From: Octopus sinensis
Lineage: Eukaryota
NCBI RefSeq assembly: GCF_006345805.1
Contig: NC_042999.1
Coordinates: 104,780,001-104,844,000 of the forward strand
Direction of reading: 5' to 3'
DNA: 64,000 bases
Part shown: positions 41,976 to 56,793 of the stretch, one piece after another
How positions within the stretch are numbered: the stretch's first letter is position 1
Layout: each line of letters starts with the position of its first letter
Notes under the pieces: model-generated
Database searches by the model: none
What the model saw: the letters and a program-made list of their open reading frames with translations, nothing else
What the model was told of the DNA's origin: nothing
Made by a program: the position numbers and the translations under genes

Positions 41976-44900
41976 ACTGAATTAAACAGTCTGAAGTATT
42001 TTTATTATATGATATAAAACTTCATAACTATGAAAGTTAACAATATGCTTTTCGTTGCATCTTTTATTGTTTTCCACAGCATGTCTCTGACTGTTGCAAA
42101 CACACTCACACACAGACACACACATGCACATACACGCGCACCACATACAGACATATGTCCACATACACACACACGTATTCACATATCCACACACTAAACG
42201 CTAAAATATTATAACAAAAATGACTGTAAAGTTATATGTGTGTTCTATATGCCATTACAATACTTCAACAACGTAATTGTTGCAATTATTTCATTTTCAA
42301 CACTAGATTCCCAGTCAAATCAATTATGAAACGAACCCAATACTAGAAAATACAGAGCACGCACACACACACTGAGACACACACACACACACACACATAC
42401 ACACGTGAAAGCACATGTGCATGAATGTGGGCAATTGTGCTTATGAACATGTGTGTTAATGGTGAGAAATCCGACATCTAGTTATCTAAAACTATCACTA
42501 CCATTTAGCACTATTAATAACAATACACAAAATATTGCAAAAAATAAGATTCGTTGTAAAATGTTGATATTTATTGCGAATAGATATCTTCCGTTAAGTA
42601 TGATGTTATAATTTCCTTCTTTCAATTGTTTGATTTTCAAATTCCTCTCTATTGTAAAAGTACTTTTTGGTTAGCGCTGTGCTTTCTGTTTAGACGTACT
42701 TCTTATCTTTGGATTTATACCTTCTGAAAAAAACTATAATCACCACAAGTTTGTATTTGCTATTGTAGACACGAAAATACACGTTTTGCATATATTATTA
42801 TAGACAGTTATACAAATGTTATTATACATTTACGTTGCTATCTTCGCATACAATTCGGCGCCTCTTCGTCGTGTCTATTTATCGGATAGGGATCTATTAT
42901 TATCCTCTAATAATGACGGAATGACGTAGTTCTTCTTTATTAAGATATGTTCCAGTAAAACATTATCAATATTCCCTCCTGTCTAATAACTATGAAACAT
43001 ACAAACTTGAACTGGATACATATTTTATAATTTGCGTCACCTGTCTCCATATGAAATCGACTAGTCTTCTACTACATATTGCTGCTGTTTATTTAGTGTT
43101 ACCAAAGTGTGTTGTAGAGTTTGGTCGAAAATATACCATTATGCCTGCTTTCTATCAAGAGAGATAGAACTCAGTTTATTTTATGGAATTTACACTTATG
43201 GGAATGAAGGGATACACCTTGCTCTAACTTTAATTTTGAAAGCTGTTAATAAATTATTTTTGTACTGTTAAAGGACTTAGCTTTATCATTTTATAACATG
43301 AAAGACTAACTTCGTGATTCTGTAATTATATACAAGGTAGGCAACAAATCATTTCTATTTTCACCAATTAATACAACATTTTTTAAAACTCATACCTAAC
43401 AATGAATGAAATATCTATATTCTGGAGGGTTGTGAGTCATGTTAGGGATTGCTGTCAGAAATTATGTGCTGTTAAAGGTGATATGTTCAATATTTATGAA
43501 AAACCAACAACAAATAATCCTAAAAAAAGGGCAGTTACATAACAGATGTAAAACTATTTTCAGCAAGCAAACTCTTCTTCTACATTCTGGAGGCATAATC
43601 TTCTGCTTTACATTTTCGTCATTCCAATTCCCCAAGAAAGGTCATTTAGATCAGTCTTCCTGATGTTATACGCTTCAGAAGATGTCAAGTTAAGAAAGAA
43701 AATAACCCTTCTGAAGGTGAAAACCTGCAAATTTCCTAGCTTTTATCATTTCTGTCTTTTAACTGAAGAGGCTTAGTAAAAGATATTGATGTATTAGAGC
43801 TTATAGGAAAATGTATGATAATGGCTATAGCATCGGAATTTAATTTTATTACAGCAAATATTCCCGAGGTACGATGCACATAAAAAATATACCAACTACT
43901 AATATGATCTAATCGTTTTCTCTTCATTTTACTCACCATCCACTTGTTAAGGTTTGGCAACTTAAAAAGGCAACTTGAATAGACAACAAAATAAGCTGAA
44001 GAGGTTTATGGGAAAGCCAGTTGGAGAGGCTACGTGCAGTTACTTGACTTGATAAAAACAGGAGCTTACACTTGCCCAAATCATACCCTTCAGTTAAAGA
44101 AAAAAGACAATTCAGTCCAAAATATGCAAACGTATAAAAGTACAATATATTCCTTATTTCGACTGGGATTCCTCTGATCAAAGATCTTTTCGATTAACAC
44201 TAACCGGTACAACAACTACAACAACAACAACAATAAAATTTCAGCTAATAGGATGTATCCATCAGGAGGGTAGTATTTTAATTTTACCAGAGACATTGAC
44301 TTATTGTTTTTACAATAGGTTCATGAACGCATCAAGTTCGATCGTCTCAAGTAAAATTTTAAACAAAGCGTAATAGAATTAATAAGACACATCTAGTTTC
44401 ATTTCTCAAGTATTATGGCTACAGATTTGCATTGTTGATGATTATTAGAAGAAAAAAAAAAGCCAAGAAAACCTCATCCAGTACTTTAAATTGCATCACA
44501 TACGCACACATACAAGCACCCCGTCCCCCACAGAAACAAACATACGAACGGAAGATACATACAGACGCGCTGACACAAACAGACATATATGTAGATAGAC
44601 TTGCAAAATATTGTTATCTTTTTATATATATATTTGTTATTTTTAGGTAATCAATATTAATCATTAAGTTCGAAAGTAGAAATCATGACAGACTACCCAA
44701 AGGGAATTCATCTAATTTTTTTTCTCTCGCGCCGTTGAATGCATTGTTATAAATATGAACTATATAGTAAAACTACACACATACACAGAACTACATGCGC
44801 ATTCTCGAGCACCGCGCACACACGCGTATCTTTATACATATATATATATATATATACATAAATGCACACACACATACAGACGTCTATATACCTATGCTGT

Positions 44901-45299
44901 TCCTCTAGTATTTAGATTTAAAAAAAAACATTTTTGTCGTTGTAGATTTTTTGTTTGTAATTTTTGGTTTGCGAAATATGTTTTGTGTCATATTTTCCAT
45001 AAATAAATACTTTTAATATATAATCTTCTTGATTGCAGACAGTTCATATTTGCTGTTGTTACAGTAGTTTTTTTTAATATTTATTTATTTTTTTGTTCAT
45101 TCATCAACAATGTTAAATGGTTTACTTCAACAAACCATCAAGTGGATATATTTATTCCACTGTGTAATGAGGTTTATAGTCATCCTGATATTTCTATATA
45201 TCTTCACCTCTTTCACACACGCTTTCTCAATATTCTCACTGGTTTCGCTCTATCTTTATCCTTCCTTTTATAAATGTATGTATATCTGTGACAGCGCTA

Positions 45300-45435
45300 G
45301 TCTAGAGGTTTCTGTGTTTGCCTCATGATCGTTGGCCATGAGTTCACTTCCTAAGCAATGTGTTGCAGTGTGTCCTTGAACAAAGTATTTTAATCTATGG
45401 TACTTCAGTTCTTTCAGCTTTAATGAATACCAGTG
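45300..45435 (+). mobile_element. Decayed copy of the second SINE family
   Basis: ctcatgatcgttggccatgagttcacttcc...tgtgtccttgaacaaagta...cttcagttctttcagct matches the 30956-31280 head. Confidence 0.55.
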
Positions 45436-45559
45436 AAGTCCTGATACAACCCGTCTCTCTCTCCCTCCAGCTGTCATATGCAGGATATTCCATTGAGTCA
45501 AAGTTGAAAGCACCGAGAATACGTCTGTATCTACTCATGAATATATGGACAATCAAAAT

Positions 45560-46290
45560 AATTAACAGCGTCTCCATCGTGGGACGCTGGACCGATGGAC
45601 CAGTTAAATTATTCGGAGTCTAGTTCGGTCCGGACCTCCAAACGGAGAAGAACTGGAACGAGATAACGAGTAGGGTGGCCACTCTCACCCAACAATGGGC
45701 CGAGAGGAAGCTATCCCTAAAAGGTCGAGTGTAGGTGGCGAACGCGTACATCGCATCCGTCATCGATTACCGTCTGACCGTCGTGCCTTGTCCCGCCTCT
45801 ACCATCACCAAACGTATACTCTTCCGCTTTTTTGTGGAAAGGAAGCGTTCCGGTGGGTAGGCGATTCTCTTGCTGTCAAGACCCGCTAAATGCAGGGCTG
45901 GGCATGCCGTAGTTGATGATGTGCAGACATGCACTGAAACTGCGACATCTACGGCGCTTCATAGACGATGGTGAACAAGTGTGGTCGCCGTTTCTGATGC
46001 GCGCTTTCCCGCAGCGTCTCTTTAGTAGAAATGCAGTCGTGGGTTAAACAGAGGCCGAGGCTAGGTGAATGGCACCGCGAGTACCACCTTGATCTCAAGC
46101 AACTCTGCCGTTCAGGATCAAACTTATTCGACTTCAATTCCACAAAGGTGTTCTATACAGGATTAGTGGAGGGGAAGTGCGACGATGTTCTCGCGGAGTT
46201 TCTGGGTGTCGACGAGGAACACCTGACCTGCCTGTTCAGGACATCTTTTGAGCCGGGACCAATGGAAAATCACCAGAGTTCCCTGAGGAT
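45560..46290 (+). mobile_element. L1/Tx1-clade RT C-terminal fragment
   Basis: Manual translation: GPVKLFGV*FG...WAERKLSLKGRV*VANAYIAS...FRFLWKG...AGLGMP, typical of the L1/Tx1 ORF2 thumb region. Confidence 0.7.
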
Positions 46291-47530
46291 GTGATGTATC
46301 TCGACTTTGTAAAAGCTTTTGATAAATTCGACCATGGTATGATATGTCACAAACTGAGTGATTTCGGTATAGTCGGAAAACTTGGAGAGTGGCTGCATGA
46401 CTATCTAAAAGATAGACGTCAGACAGTGGTGGCCAACGGAAGCACCTCCAAGGAAACACAATTAACAAGTGGTGTTCCACAGCGCAGTGTCTTCGGGCAA
46501 CTGCTATTCATAGTGACCCTCTCAGACATGCTCTCCACTGCTCAGATAGCCACTCTTGCTAGCTATGCAGATAACACAAAAGTAATTCAGACAATACTAA
46601 ATCCTGGAAATATTACTCTGCAACGGGAGATGGTCGCAATATACATTTGGGCTGAGGAAAATGACATGGAATTTAATGCAGGAAAATTCCAAGCCCTGCG
46701 CTACTAGTACACAAAGCTGTATGTCATGCAGATAGGATACACTGGTCTGGGAGGAATTACAATCCCTGAATCAAGGTCAGTCCATGACCTGGGCATTGAC
46801 ATGAGTATTAATGCATCTTTCCAAGTGAATATGACCAATTTGGTAATAAAATGCAGATGGCTAGGTGGATGGATCCTCGGAACTTTCAAAACAAGATAAA
46901 AGGAGACAATGATGGTCCTTTGGCGGGCATACGTCCTCAGCCACTTGGAATACAGCTCCCAACTATGATCACCAAACAATATAAAATTAACGGCGGAACT
47001 CGAAGCAATCCAACGAAGCTACACAAAGAAAATCGTCTGAATGTAAAGTATCAGCTACTGCGACAGACTGAAAGAATTAAAACTCTTCACCCTAGAATGG
47101 AGGCGGAAAAATATGCAGTGATATACATCTGGAAAATCCTGGAAAGCCTTGTACCACACTTTGGCATTACCCAAAGAGCAGAAAGGGGCGCCACTGCATA
47201 GTGCCAAATATACCTGCATCTCGACCAAAATACAGAACTAAATACTGCAACAGCTTGGGTTTCAAGAGCCCACAGCTCTTCAATATCCTCCCCAAATGCC
47301 TGAGAGATCTGCATGGTATGGACGCAGGCGTCTTCAAAACAAAATTCGTTCTCCCACTGTTAAAGGTTCCAGATGAGCTTACCTCACGGCAGGAAACAAA
47401 GATGAGGGCAGCGGCATCCAACTCCCTCATTCACCTAATGCCACATACTAGAGGAGGTTTCAGATAATGGTATTATACAGCCAACAGTGGTACCTCAGCA
47501 TGACCACAACTTTGAGACTGAAACAATTTA
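46291..47530 (+). mobile_element. CR1/L2-group LINE, 5'-truncated RT and 3' end (same family as 8945-11870)
   Basis: YLDFVKAFDKFDHGMICHKL, SGVPQRSVFGQLLF and LASYADNTK; 3' tail ggtacctcagcatgaccacaactttgagactgaaac. Confidence 0.9.
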
Positions 47531-47615
47531 AGAATTAATGTGTGCGTGTGCGTATTTATATGTACATATAATATATATACACATGTGTGTATGTGTGTAT
47601 GCTTGTGTGTGTGTG

Positions 47616-47669
<54 letters not shown>

Positions 47670-50135
47670 TCATGGTTGTAGATTTGTACTGCAGTAGTTT
47701 ATTGTGCATCCCAAGACAAGACAGGAATGGACAGATTTCAGATTGAGGCGTTCCAACTATGATCATCCCGTATTATCTCGAGGCTGGTATACACTTGTCT
47801 CATTCTTTGTATTTCAGAGCAATTCTCCCTAAAATGTAACATTGGATGATTTTAGGGAAATTCCCCTGCTATTTTTTGGATGTCGAATGACCATTCCCAG
47901 GTTGCTTTGTAGGATTGTTAATGGAAAAGTTGTTGTCTAATATTTAGCCCTATTTTAATCTAGATTGATGATCTGCTTTCCGGATGCAACCATCCCATTT
48001 TTCCCTTGTTAACACGTTATGACGTGTGGAATTTGGCTACTATTTCTTGCTGATTAAGAGACCACATAAATGATCCTAACGCAGACGAGTTGTTAGATAA
48101 CGTTGTTGTTATTGTATTTAGCTCCAGGTGGCTTTTAAATGTGTAGGCCTACGATCAGATATATTCCAATCGTGGACATCTGGTCTTTTTCCTATGAACA
48201 GAGAATCCAGAATCATAGAATGCCTTGTTTTCACGATATTAGCATGTAATTTGAGGAGCCTTGGTTGCTATTTCTTGCAAATCAAGCGGCTGCTTTAAAG
48301 CTGACACATAGTACGGGCGGGACCCGTAGAAATTTCACTTTTTATAAATGTTATTTCTATTTTGATGCATAAATTTTTAGATCTTCATAATGTTGTTCCC
48401 TTACGTAAAGATTTCAACTATGTCTTCGAGAATGTGCCGTAGTTTAAGCTAGTGATAATGAAACACATTCACTTCTTTCATTATGTTTTGGATTTTGTTC
48501 CACAATTAAGTTCATTAGCAGCATTACAACTGAAATGCTTTCATTATGTTAAACATTTCAATTACATCTTGGATTTCCTTGCGTATGAACACAAGTGAGA
48601 AGCAGAACAATACATTGTAAATACATTAGCTGCGCAATTAATACATATTAGCAAAGTTTACGTTGGTATGGAGAATCTATTATTACATGCAACATTGTTA
48701 CAGAGGAATTTAAAATTAATGGACACATTCTTTTAGCTTTTTTTTTTACCGGTTTCACTCTATGATCAGATACCATTTTAGAGCACTGCTTTGAAAAGGT
48801 GTTGGTATATATTTTGTCGATAACTAGTTGTCAAACCGACGAGTCAGGAGACATAAAGGAACTTAATATAAACAACAGCAGTTCTCGAACTAGTCTAACA
48901 TAACAAACATGCAATCAGGTGTTTCGAGGAGACTACTGATGGCGGACATTAGTAAAATGATTTGTATGATTTGTACGAATTCGTATGAATTAGTATGAAG
49001 CGAAAAGAAAACAAACTTTATCTTTCTTGACACCCACGTTGCCTCAGAGTAGAGAAAATCTTTGTAGTATATTACTGATTTTGTAAGAAATTGCGCCCAT
49101 GGTTACCGAGGCTGAAAGGGTACAGAATTTGGTGTCTTGTTTCCTGCAATGATCTTATGTCCTTATCGCTGTATATTGTACTTTTATGGTCTAGCCCACC
49201 TACATTCATGCAGGCTCCGCAGGTTAGACAATATCGCATATTCAAATGTAGCTCTGGCAAATTGGACTGGTGTTTTGTTATCTTGCAATGCTAAGTCCAG
49301 TTTCTGAAGTGTGATACTCTTTGCATCGAGCAGGTGTGTCGATATTGTCGTTGGTATTGTTTAGCTCCATTTCAGCTTTAATACAGTATAGTTTACATCG
49401 CAGATGTATTATAAACAGAAACATTCCCGCTAGGTGGATTAAGTACGATGATGTTTAATCAATATTTTCCATTTTCCGTTGATAGAGTACAAACCAGGAC
49501 AGGTTAGTCTACTTTTCCTAGCTGGGCAAATGAACGCATGGTGGTGTCCTTTTTGGATCGAACAAACAAATGCCAGATGCACTGCAAGAAGATCAGATTT
49601 TAAGAAACTTCTAAGGTTAGAGTCCAAAACAAGAACCTCATTGCCAGTAGAAATTCTTTAGTTTTAAAGTGAAGTCTTGTTCATATTTTTGTCTCGATAG
49701 CCCCCAGCAGTCAGATTCTCAGTATGATGGGACAGACTCTGAAATATCATAAGATTAAAATCTAATAACAACACGTCTCGTATAACTTAGATAATCTATG
49801 TAAATGGAAAAATGGTTGATGTCTGATACAATTTTAAGATCGCATATTCTCTGCAATAGTTTCTGTCTGTCAATAATTTATATGTATTAATGATATTAAC
49901 TTGCTTCCACGTGTCTACGTGTGTCTGTCTGTGTATATGTTTGTGTAAGTGTGTGTGTACTTGCTTGTGTGTGTGTGTGTTCTTTATTGAGCATTGTTTC
50001 TGGTATTAAGATTATCATAGAAGTCGAGTATTACGTAATGCTTTTATCAGCGAAGCAGTAGAGCTGACCGAAAATGCGTGTTGTTGTTTATATTCAATAT
50101 ATTGCAAGAATTATTGACACACAAAAATGACTGAA

Positions 50136-50166
<31 letters not shown>

Positions 50167-51857
50167 TATATAAAACGCATCACATACGTGTAATTTGCTT
50201 TGCAATAAATAAATAGATAGATAAATAAATAAATAAAGTAAAACTTTGTGAGCTTACGCAAATCTCTTCAGAGGGCATCTCAAATTGTTAGGGAAAAATA
50301 CAGGAGAAACATCGATTCCAGACCGTAATCCTGCTCTGAATATTTGCATGAGAGTGGACACTGTTAATAAGACGAAACATAACTCCAGAGTTCATGCAGC
50401 TAATTACCAAAATATTTCCGTCTTCTCGATAGTTTATTTTTCATACCCATCTTCAAGAACAAAGCAAAATGGCAATAATTGTATAAAAAACGTGACGTTA
50501 ATTTTATTTTTGATTTTTAGTGGACCCTTGACGTTGCAGTCCTAAAGAATTAGTGAGGCGATAGGTCAGAGTGTGAAGCTTATTTTTTATATAAAGTTCA
50601 ACGTGTATGATGCCTTTGAGAAAGGAACCGAACGAAGAAAAGGGCCAACAATGATGTTAGATCTCCACAAACCCGTTCAGGATATCTCAGAATATGTCAT
50701 GTTTTCAAAATTATGGATGCTAAATATAAAAAAAATAACATATTTAACGTTATCTTAACATTTCCCTCAATACAGTGTACATCTTTGTCAATCTGGAGGC
50801 TAAGTTCATCACTTTCACGAATTAAGCAATTAAAAATAGGAAGTCTTGGTGATAATATTTTGAACGAATATGGGCTAATCGAAGTCACAGGAAAATGGGA
50901 AATAAATGACGCAGTTTTATTTATATTCAGTCGGGCTAATTGCGGAATGGTGGGTAATTGGTTTCAGTAATACATTAAGACCGTTTGGCAGAAAACCAAG
51001 ATATAGAGTTTCAGCTGTTTTTGTACGGGTTTTGTACTGATTAAGATTTTACATGGTCAACACTCAAAGATTATTTTTTAGATGAAGAATTATTTATGAA
51101 TTATTAACAGCAAATTTTCTCTTTGAGTTGTAGATTATATCGCCCCATTTTTACCTGTGCGCCTGTAGTATAGTTTCTCTTAAATCTTTTAGGTATAATT
51201 GGATTTCAGTGTACATTTGTATGAGAATTAGGAAAAGACACACAAGGAAGACTTATTTTGTCCTTGACACTTGATTTGTTACTTCTGCGTGAGTATTTCC
51301 ATTCGATCAAAACTGAGATTTGTTAGGTTGTGTGGTAGTAATCCAACAGAATAGAATTGAACTCTTGATCTTATTCAATCATTCACATTCTTATTTCACT
51401 TCAAATAAATAATGCTTATTTAAATTCTGTTTCGCATTTACATTAACCGCGTCAAAAGTATGGCAGGAATTAAATTATTCCTCCGGTACAGAAAAATGAT
51501 ATTGAATTAAAATCAAGCAAAGTTAAGATTGCAAACAAGCTTCGAGGCACCAGATATAATAATACTGATAGTAATATATTTCAAGAAGATAAGCCATCTG
51601 ACTGAATTAGAATAAATCATCTCTTTTAAAAGACGCCACTGTTTGTAAGTTTTAATTCGCAGAAGTCTAGACAATATCATGGATATTAACAATAAACGAT
51701 ATATACTAAGAGAAAATTAACATATGTTCCTTCCTGTATGTTGGCTATAAAAGATATAGGTTCGAGTGTTGGAAATGTATGGTCCAAAATAATGCATTGG
51801 CTCTTTTGATAGGAGATCATCTTGATTGTCTCTAGATATGCGTAACTACGTGTTTAG

Positions 51858-51954
51858 CGTTACCAAAAACAATTAATTGGTTCTGGTCAACATTTTCGCC
51901 TGGAAAATGATATCCGTATGAGATTTATATCTCTGATAGAACAGGAATTCGTCT
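51858..51954 (+). CDS. Candidate internal coding exon, unknown gene (RYQKQLIGSGQHFRLENDIRMRFISLIEQEFV)
   Basis: tgtttag| acceptor, 97-nt stop-free frame and a canonical |GTAAGT donor. No homology recognised. Confidence 0.3.
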
Positions 51955-52089
51955 GTAAGTAAATTTACTTATATACAAACTAACGAAGAAGATCTAGCTA
52001 GAAATAGTCACCATGTATCCCTCAAACTACACTTCGCAGTCTTAGAAGCGTATACATTAGATAATCAAGATTACAGTAGTTCTAATAAT

Positions 52090-52505
52090 AATAATGGCTT
52101 CAAATTTTGGCGTAATGTCAACAATTTTGCGTGAGAAAATAAGTCGATTCCAACAGTTCAGTGTTCAACTGGTACTATTTTATCGACTTCGAAATGATGA
52201 AAGGTAGTTGAACTTGGAACCTAACGACAGACGAGATTCCACAGTGCATTTTGTCCTCACGATTCTGCCAGCTCCTTGCTTTAACAATAATCATGGTTTC
52301 AAATTTTGCCACAAAGGCAGCCATTTTGGGGGAGGGGATGAGTCGATTACATCGACACCAGTGTTTCACTAGTACTTATTTTATCGACTCCGAAAGGATG
52401 AAAGGCAAAGACGACCTCGGGGGAATTTGAACTCAGAACGTAGCGGCGGGCGAAATATGCTAAGCATTTCGTCCGGCGTGCTAATGACTGCCAGCGCACC
52501 GCCTT
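52090..52505 (-). mobile_element. Two tandem copies of the third SINE family (52090-52290 decayed; 52290-52505 better preserved)
   Basis: Minus-strand head aaggcggtgcgctggcagtcattagcacgccggacgaaatgcttagc...gttctgagttcaaattcc (B box) and shared atcatggtttcaaattttg ends. Confidence 0.75.
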
Positions 52506-52539
52506 AATAATAATAATAATAATGATAATAATAATAATA

Positions 52540-52571
<32 letters not shown>

Positions 52572-53119
52572 TGATGATGATGCTAAGATTCTCTCTGGTC
52601 GAACACAACTTCTCTATTCACAAACAATACAGAACAGCCCTTCCTTAATTTTTCTTAAGGCTAATAGTAGTAAACATCTGAACTTTTTTTGACCCCACCC
52701 AAAAAAAAAAAAAAAAAGATAGTAATAGTGCTGATATTCTATCTATCTCTCTATCTACACACACACACACAAACCTCACCTCGGCTCTATTATTAACCAA
52801 ATATGAAAGTATTATTTGACAGGCAAGAACTCTGGCATTGAAGACAGTCAGCCAGCCAACCACCAAGCCAGCCAACGAGACAGACAGACACTACTGTGAT
52901 GGTGATAATGATAAAAAAACAAAAATAACAATAATAAGATACTGCTGTGACTACACATAAAACAATATCATTGATGATGATGGTGGTGATGGTGATGGTG
53001 ATGATGATAATGGTGATGGTAATAGTGGTGATAATGATGATAGTGATGGTAATGGTGAAGATAATAACAATAATAAGCCGACTACGGCTGCTATAATGGT
53101 ACGATTATAATTGTAACGG

Positions 53120-56100
53120 CAATGATGGCCGTCTCCCCACGAGCCAATCAAAGCTAAAAAATGATAACATTATCGTAGCACCAAAATGTTTTTGGAAACT
53201 AAAAGGAAAACTAAATCAGTATACCAAATCGCTTGTCCTATGGTTAATCTGGAAGCGCGTCCCCCAGGGAAGAGCCAGCCTGGGATCGAAAAGTCATCAA
53301 CTGGCACAAACTCTTCTCCGAATACGGACATGGATGGTCACTTGAACGGGAAATCCCCCAACTCGAGCCCTCCAAGTTCACCACCACAACCACCACAGAA
53401 AGAAAAATGTAATCGGAACAAATGGACCCGAGAAGAGTATAAAGAAGTAATATACGCTTATTACTATGCATTAGGTAGGCCATCTCAAGAGAGACACACC
53501 GCAAACTCTTACAGTATATGGAGAACACGGAATCAAGACAGTAGGCCCTATTTGGACGAGAACAAATTCGCAAATGTGAGGAGGGATATCTTTAGAAATA
53601 ACAGACTCACAGACAGTGAAATAAGTGCGATCAAGCACGCAACGGAAAATGACATAAATATAAGACACAAAGGAAATGAAGAATCAGATGAACAGTATAG
53701 CCCGCCACGAGGCTTAATTGAAAGACTGCCATCTGACCAAAGTACACAAAGTCCTGAAGATACAAGAAATTCTATTGTACCTGTTAAAGATAGCCAGGAA
53801 AACGAAAAAACAACAGTAACTGAAGATCTCGCATTTGCTGAAGAACACAGAGAGTCTATGGCAGAAATGAGGCAGAAAATCCTGAATACGCTTGAAGTTG
53901 TAAGACATACAAGTATGAATGATAGAGAACCGCTTCATAAACTCTCAAATACAAACCAAAATAAAAAACAAATCCAAATTGGCAACTATGTAACAAATGA
54001 AATAATACGAGAATTAAAACCTGATTTTACTGAGTTAAATGAATTTATTTACGCTTCTGCTAGGGCAATTGAAACCAGCTGTATGCCCCCGAAAAAACAA
54101 AGAAAACAAAACCTGGGAAGAAATCAAACCCGGAGAAGTAAAATTGAAAAGGAGATTGAATTTATGAGAGGGGAAATATCAATATTAAATGAACTAATAT
54201 GTGGAAATGATGTAAGATCCAGAACAGGAAGAAAGATGAAGAGAAAATTTGGATCCTCACCAAGAGAAGAACTGATATCAATAAAAGAAACGCTGAAACA
54301 AAAAGTCCAAGCAAAAGCCCAAAGAATACGAAGATTTGAGAAGAGAAACAAGTTTTACAAGCAAAATAAGCTGTTCACATCCAATGCCAAAAGAATTCTA
54401 CAGAGAAATAGGGAAGGAGAAAGTAACCGTTAAAGACCCCCCTCCCATGGAAGAAGTTCAAAACTTTTGGGAAAGGATTTGGAGTGACAAGAAGACGTAC
54501 AACATAACTATCGGCCTATAACCTGTCTATCCACCACGTATAAAATCCTAACATCTATCCTGGCGGAGAAAACATATGCATTCATGGAGAAGAACGATAT
54601 TTTACCCATTGAACGAAAAGGGTGCCGCCGAGGCTCTTACGGATGCAAAGATCAACTGCTAATCAATCGTATGATCCTTGAGAACTGTCATAACAAGCGC
54701 AGAAATCTCAGCACCGCATGGATTGACTATAAAAAGGCCTTCGACAGTATACCGCATCCATGGATCTTGAGATCGCTGGACATCTTTAAAATTTCCCCTG
54801 TGATTTCAAACTTCCTGAAGCACAATATGTCGTTGTGGAATACGAATCTCCAATTATACCACTCTAATGGAGTACTTGCCTCAGAAAATATAAACATCAA
54901 CTGTGGAATTTTTCAAGGTGACTCACTTTCACCTTTAATATTCTGCATAGCCCTAATACCCCTTACAAGTGAATTAAACAGAACAGGATATGGGTATAAA
55001 ATTGCCAATAAAAAAATAAGCCATCTATTTTATATGGATGACTTAAAACTTTATGGTAAAGACAATAATGAACTTGAAGGCCTATTGCGCACCGTGAAAG
55101 CATTCAGCGATGACATCGGGATGGAGTTTGGACTTGAGAAGTGTGCCAAGGCCACTTTCCAGAAAGGGAAAGTGAAGACCACAAATTCAGTCGTGTTCGA
55201 TGTTGACACAGTCATAAGAGAGCTTGAGCAAGAACAGACATACAAATATTTAGGGATAAATGAAGGCTCTGGTATTCAGCATGCAAGCATGAAAGAGAAA
55301 ATCAGGAAGGAATGTTATTGGAGAGTTCGTGCAGTCCTGAAATCTGAACTAAATGCACGTAACAAGGTGTTAGCTATAAATTCCTTGGCAGTTCCAGTTG
55401 TTACTTATAGCTACAATGTGTTGAACTGGAATATGAGTGAAGTAAAGAATATAGATAGAAAAATACGCAAGCTGCTGAGTTGTAATAGGATGCACCACCC
55501 AAAGGCAGACGTAGATCGCCTTTACCTTCCCAGAGCCCAAGGAGGTCGAGGCCTGATCCAATTTGAACTAGCTTAGAAAACAACCACAATTGGACTGGCC
55601 AAATATCTCGAAATATCGAATGACTGGATGCTAAAGCTCGTGGAAAATCACGAGAGACGAAAGAAGCTTCATTCTATTATCAAGGAAAGCAAAAAATTTG
55701 CTATTGATCTCGTGCAGGATACCCAAACTGAACAACCCGAGGGAAGTACGGCAACTATTGTTGCAAAAAGGTGAAAATGATGGCAATGAAAAAAGCGCAC
55801 GAGCAATTGGCTGATAGGTGGGAGGAGAAACCTCTGCACGGCAAATATGTGACCCGCAGCAAACAAGCTGATGTTGACCAGAAGCAAACCCATCAGTGGC
55901 TGCGGAGCTCAGGGCTAAAAGCAGAGAGCGAAGGTTTCATCCTGGCTGCTCAAGACCAAAGCCTATTAACCCGGAACTACCAGGCCAATGTGATGAAAAA
56001 TGGAGCAGACCCACAATGCCGATTCTGCAACGACATGATTGAAACAGTGGACCACCTAATCTCTGGATGTAAAGTCTTAGCACCAGTGGAGTATAAATTC

Positions 56101-56765
56101 AGACATGACAGAGTTGGCCAATATCTCCACTGGCTAATAAGTCGGCATTACAATATCAAAACTGCCGACAAGTGGTATAATCACCACCCTGAGGCTGTAA
56201 CTGAAGGAGAAAATGTAACCATTCTGTGGGACTTTCCAGTACATACAGACCGAACCATCAAGGCCAATAAACCAGATATTGTTGTGAAAGACCAAAACAA
56301 TAAAGTTTGCTTATTGATCGACATGAGCATCCCCTGTGATCATAATATCTCAGCGAAAGAGTTTGACAAGCTCAGAAAATATAAAGACCTACTCATTGAA
56401 ATTGAGAAAATGTGGCATCTCAAGGCGGTTACAATACCAGTGATCGTAGGAGCACTAGGAATGATCAAGAAGGGAACCGAAAATTATATGAGAATGATCC
56501 CTGGCTTACCATCCCTGCAAGAAGTGCAAAAGATTGTCTTAACTGGTACATCACACGTATTGAGAAGAGCATTGTCGATGTGAGAACTGTTGCTGCTCAT
56601 GTATTTTAATTTAACTTTAAAAAAAAAAAAAAAGAAAAAAAAATGAACGAACTACTGAGTTTGGTTTAATGGCCTACCAATATACACTATGAGTTTCTTT
56701 GCCCTAGGAGTCGGGAAGACACTCGGCAAGAAATGGAAGAAAATTTGAAAGAAGAAAAAAAAAAG
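53120..56765 (+). mobile_element. R4/Dong-clade non-LTR retrotransposon, near full length (family B) with an internal deletion
   Basis: N-terminal KWTREEYKEVIYAYY...LDENKFANVRRDI region, RT (WIDYKKAFDSIPH, GIFQGDSLSPL, LFYMDDLKLY), CRFC...HLISGC and KPDIVV/IDMSIP/KYKDL RLE. The segment between KKTYN (~54505) and NYRPITCL is missing relative to the 36028 copy. 3' (TAA)n at 56766-56793. Confidence 0.95.
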
Positions 56766-56793
56766 TAATAATAATAATAATAATAATAATAAT

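Noticed and set aside
43938-44090. Minus-strand exon candidate (ag|…|GTGAGT), plus similar ones at 40285-40345 and 2768-2827
   Set aside because: Splice-like dinucleotides are common, the peptides are unrecognisable, and no consistent gene model links them.
49072-49260. APE-like motif (NVGGL…SLQETR)
   Set aside because: Too short and decayed to support a call.
53120-53345. HDV-like ribozyme at the R4 5' end (GGCCGTC could pair with GATGGTC)
   Set aside because: No P3/L3 (UCCNCGY), P1.1 or J4/2 elements in the required order.
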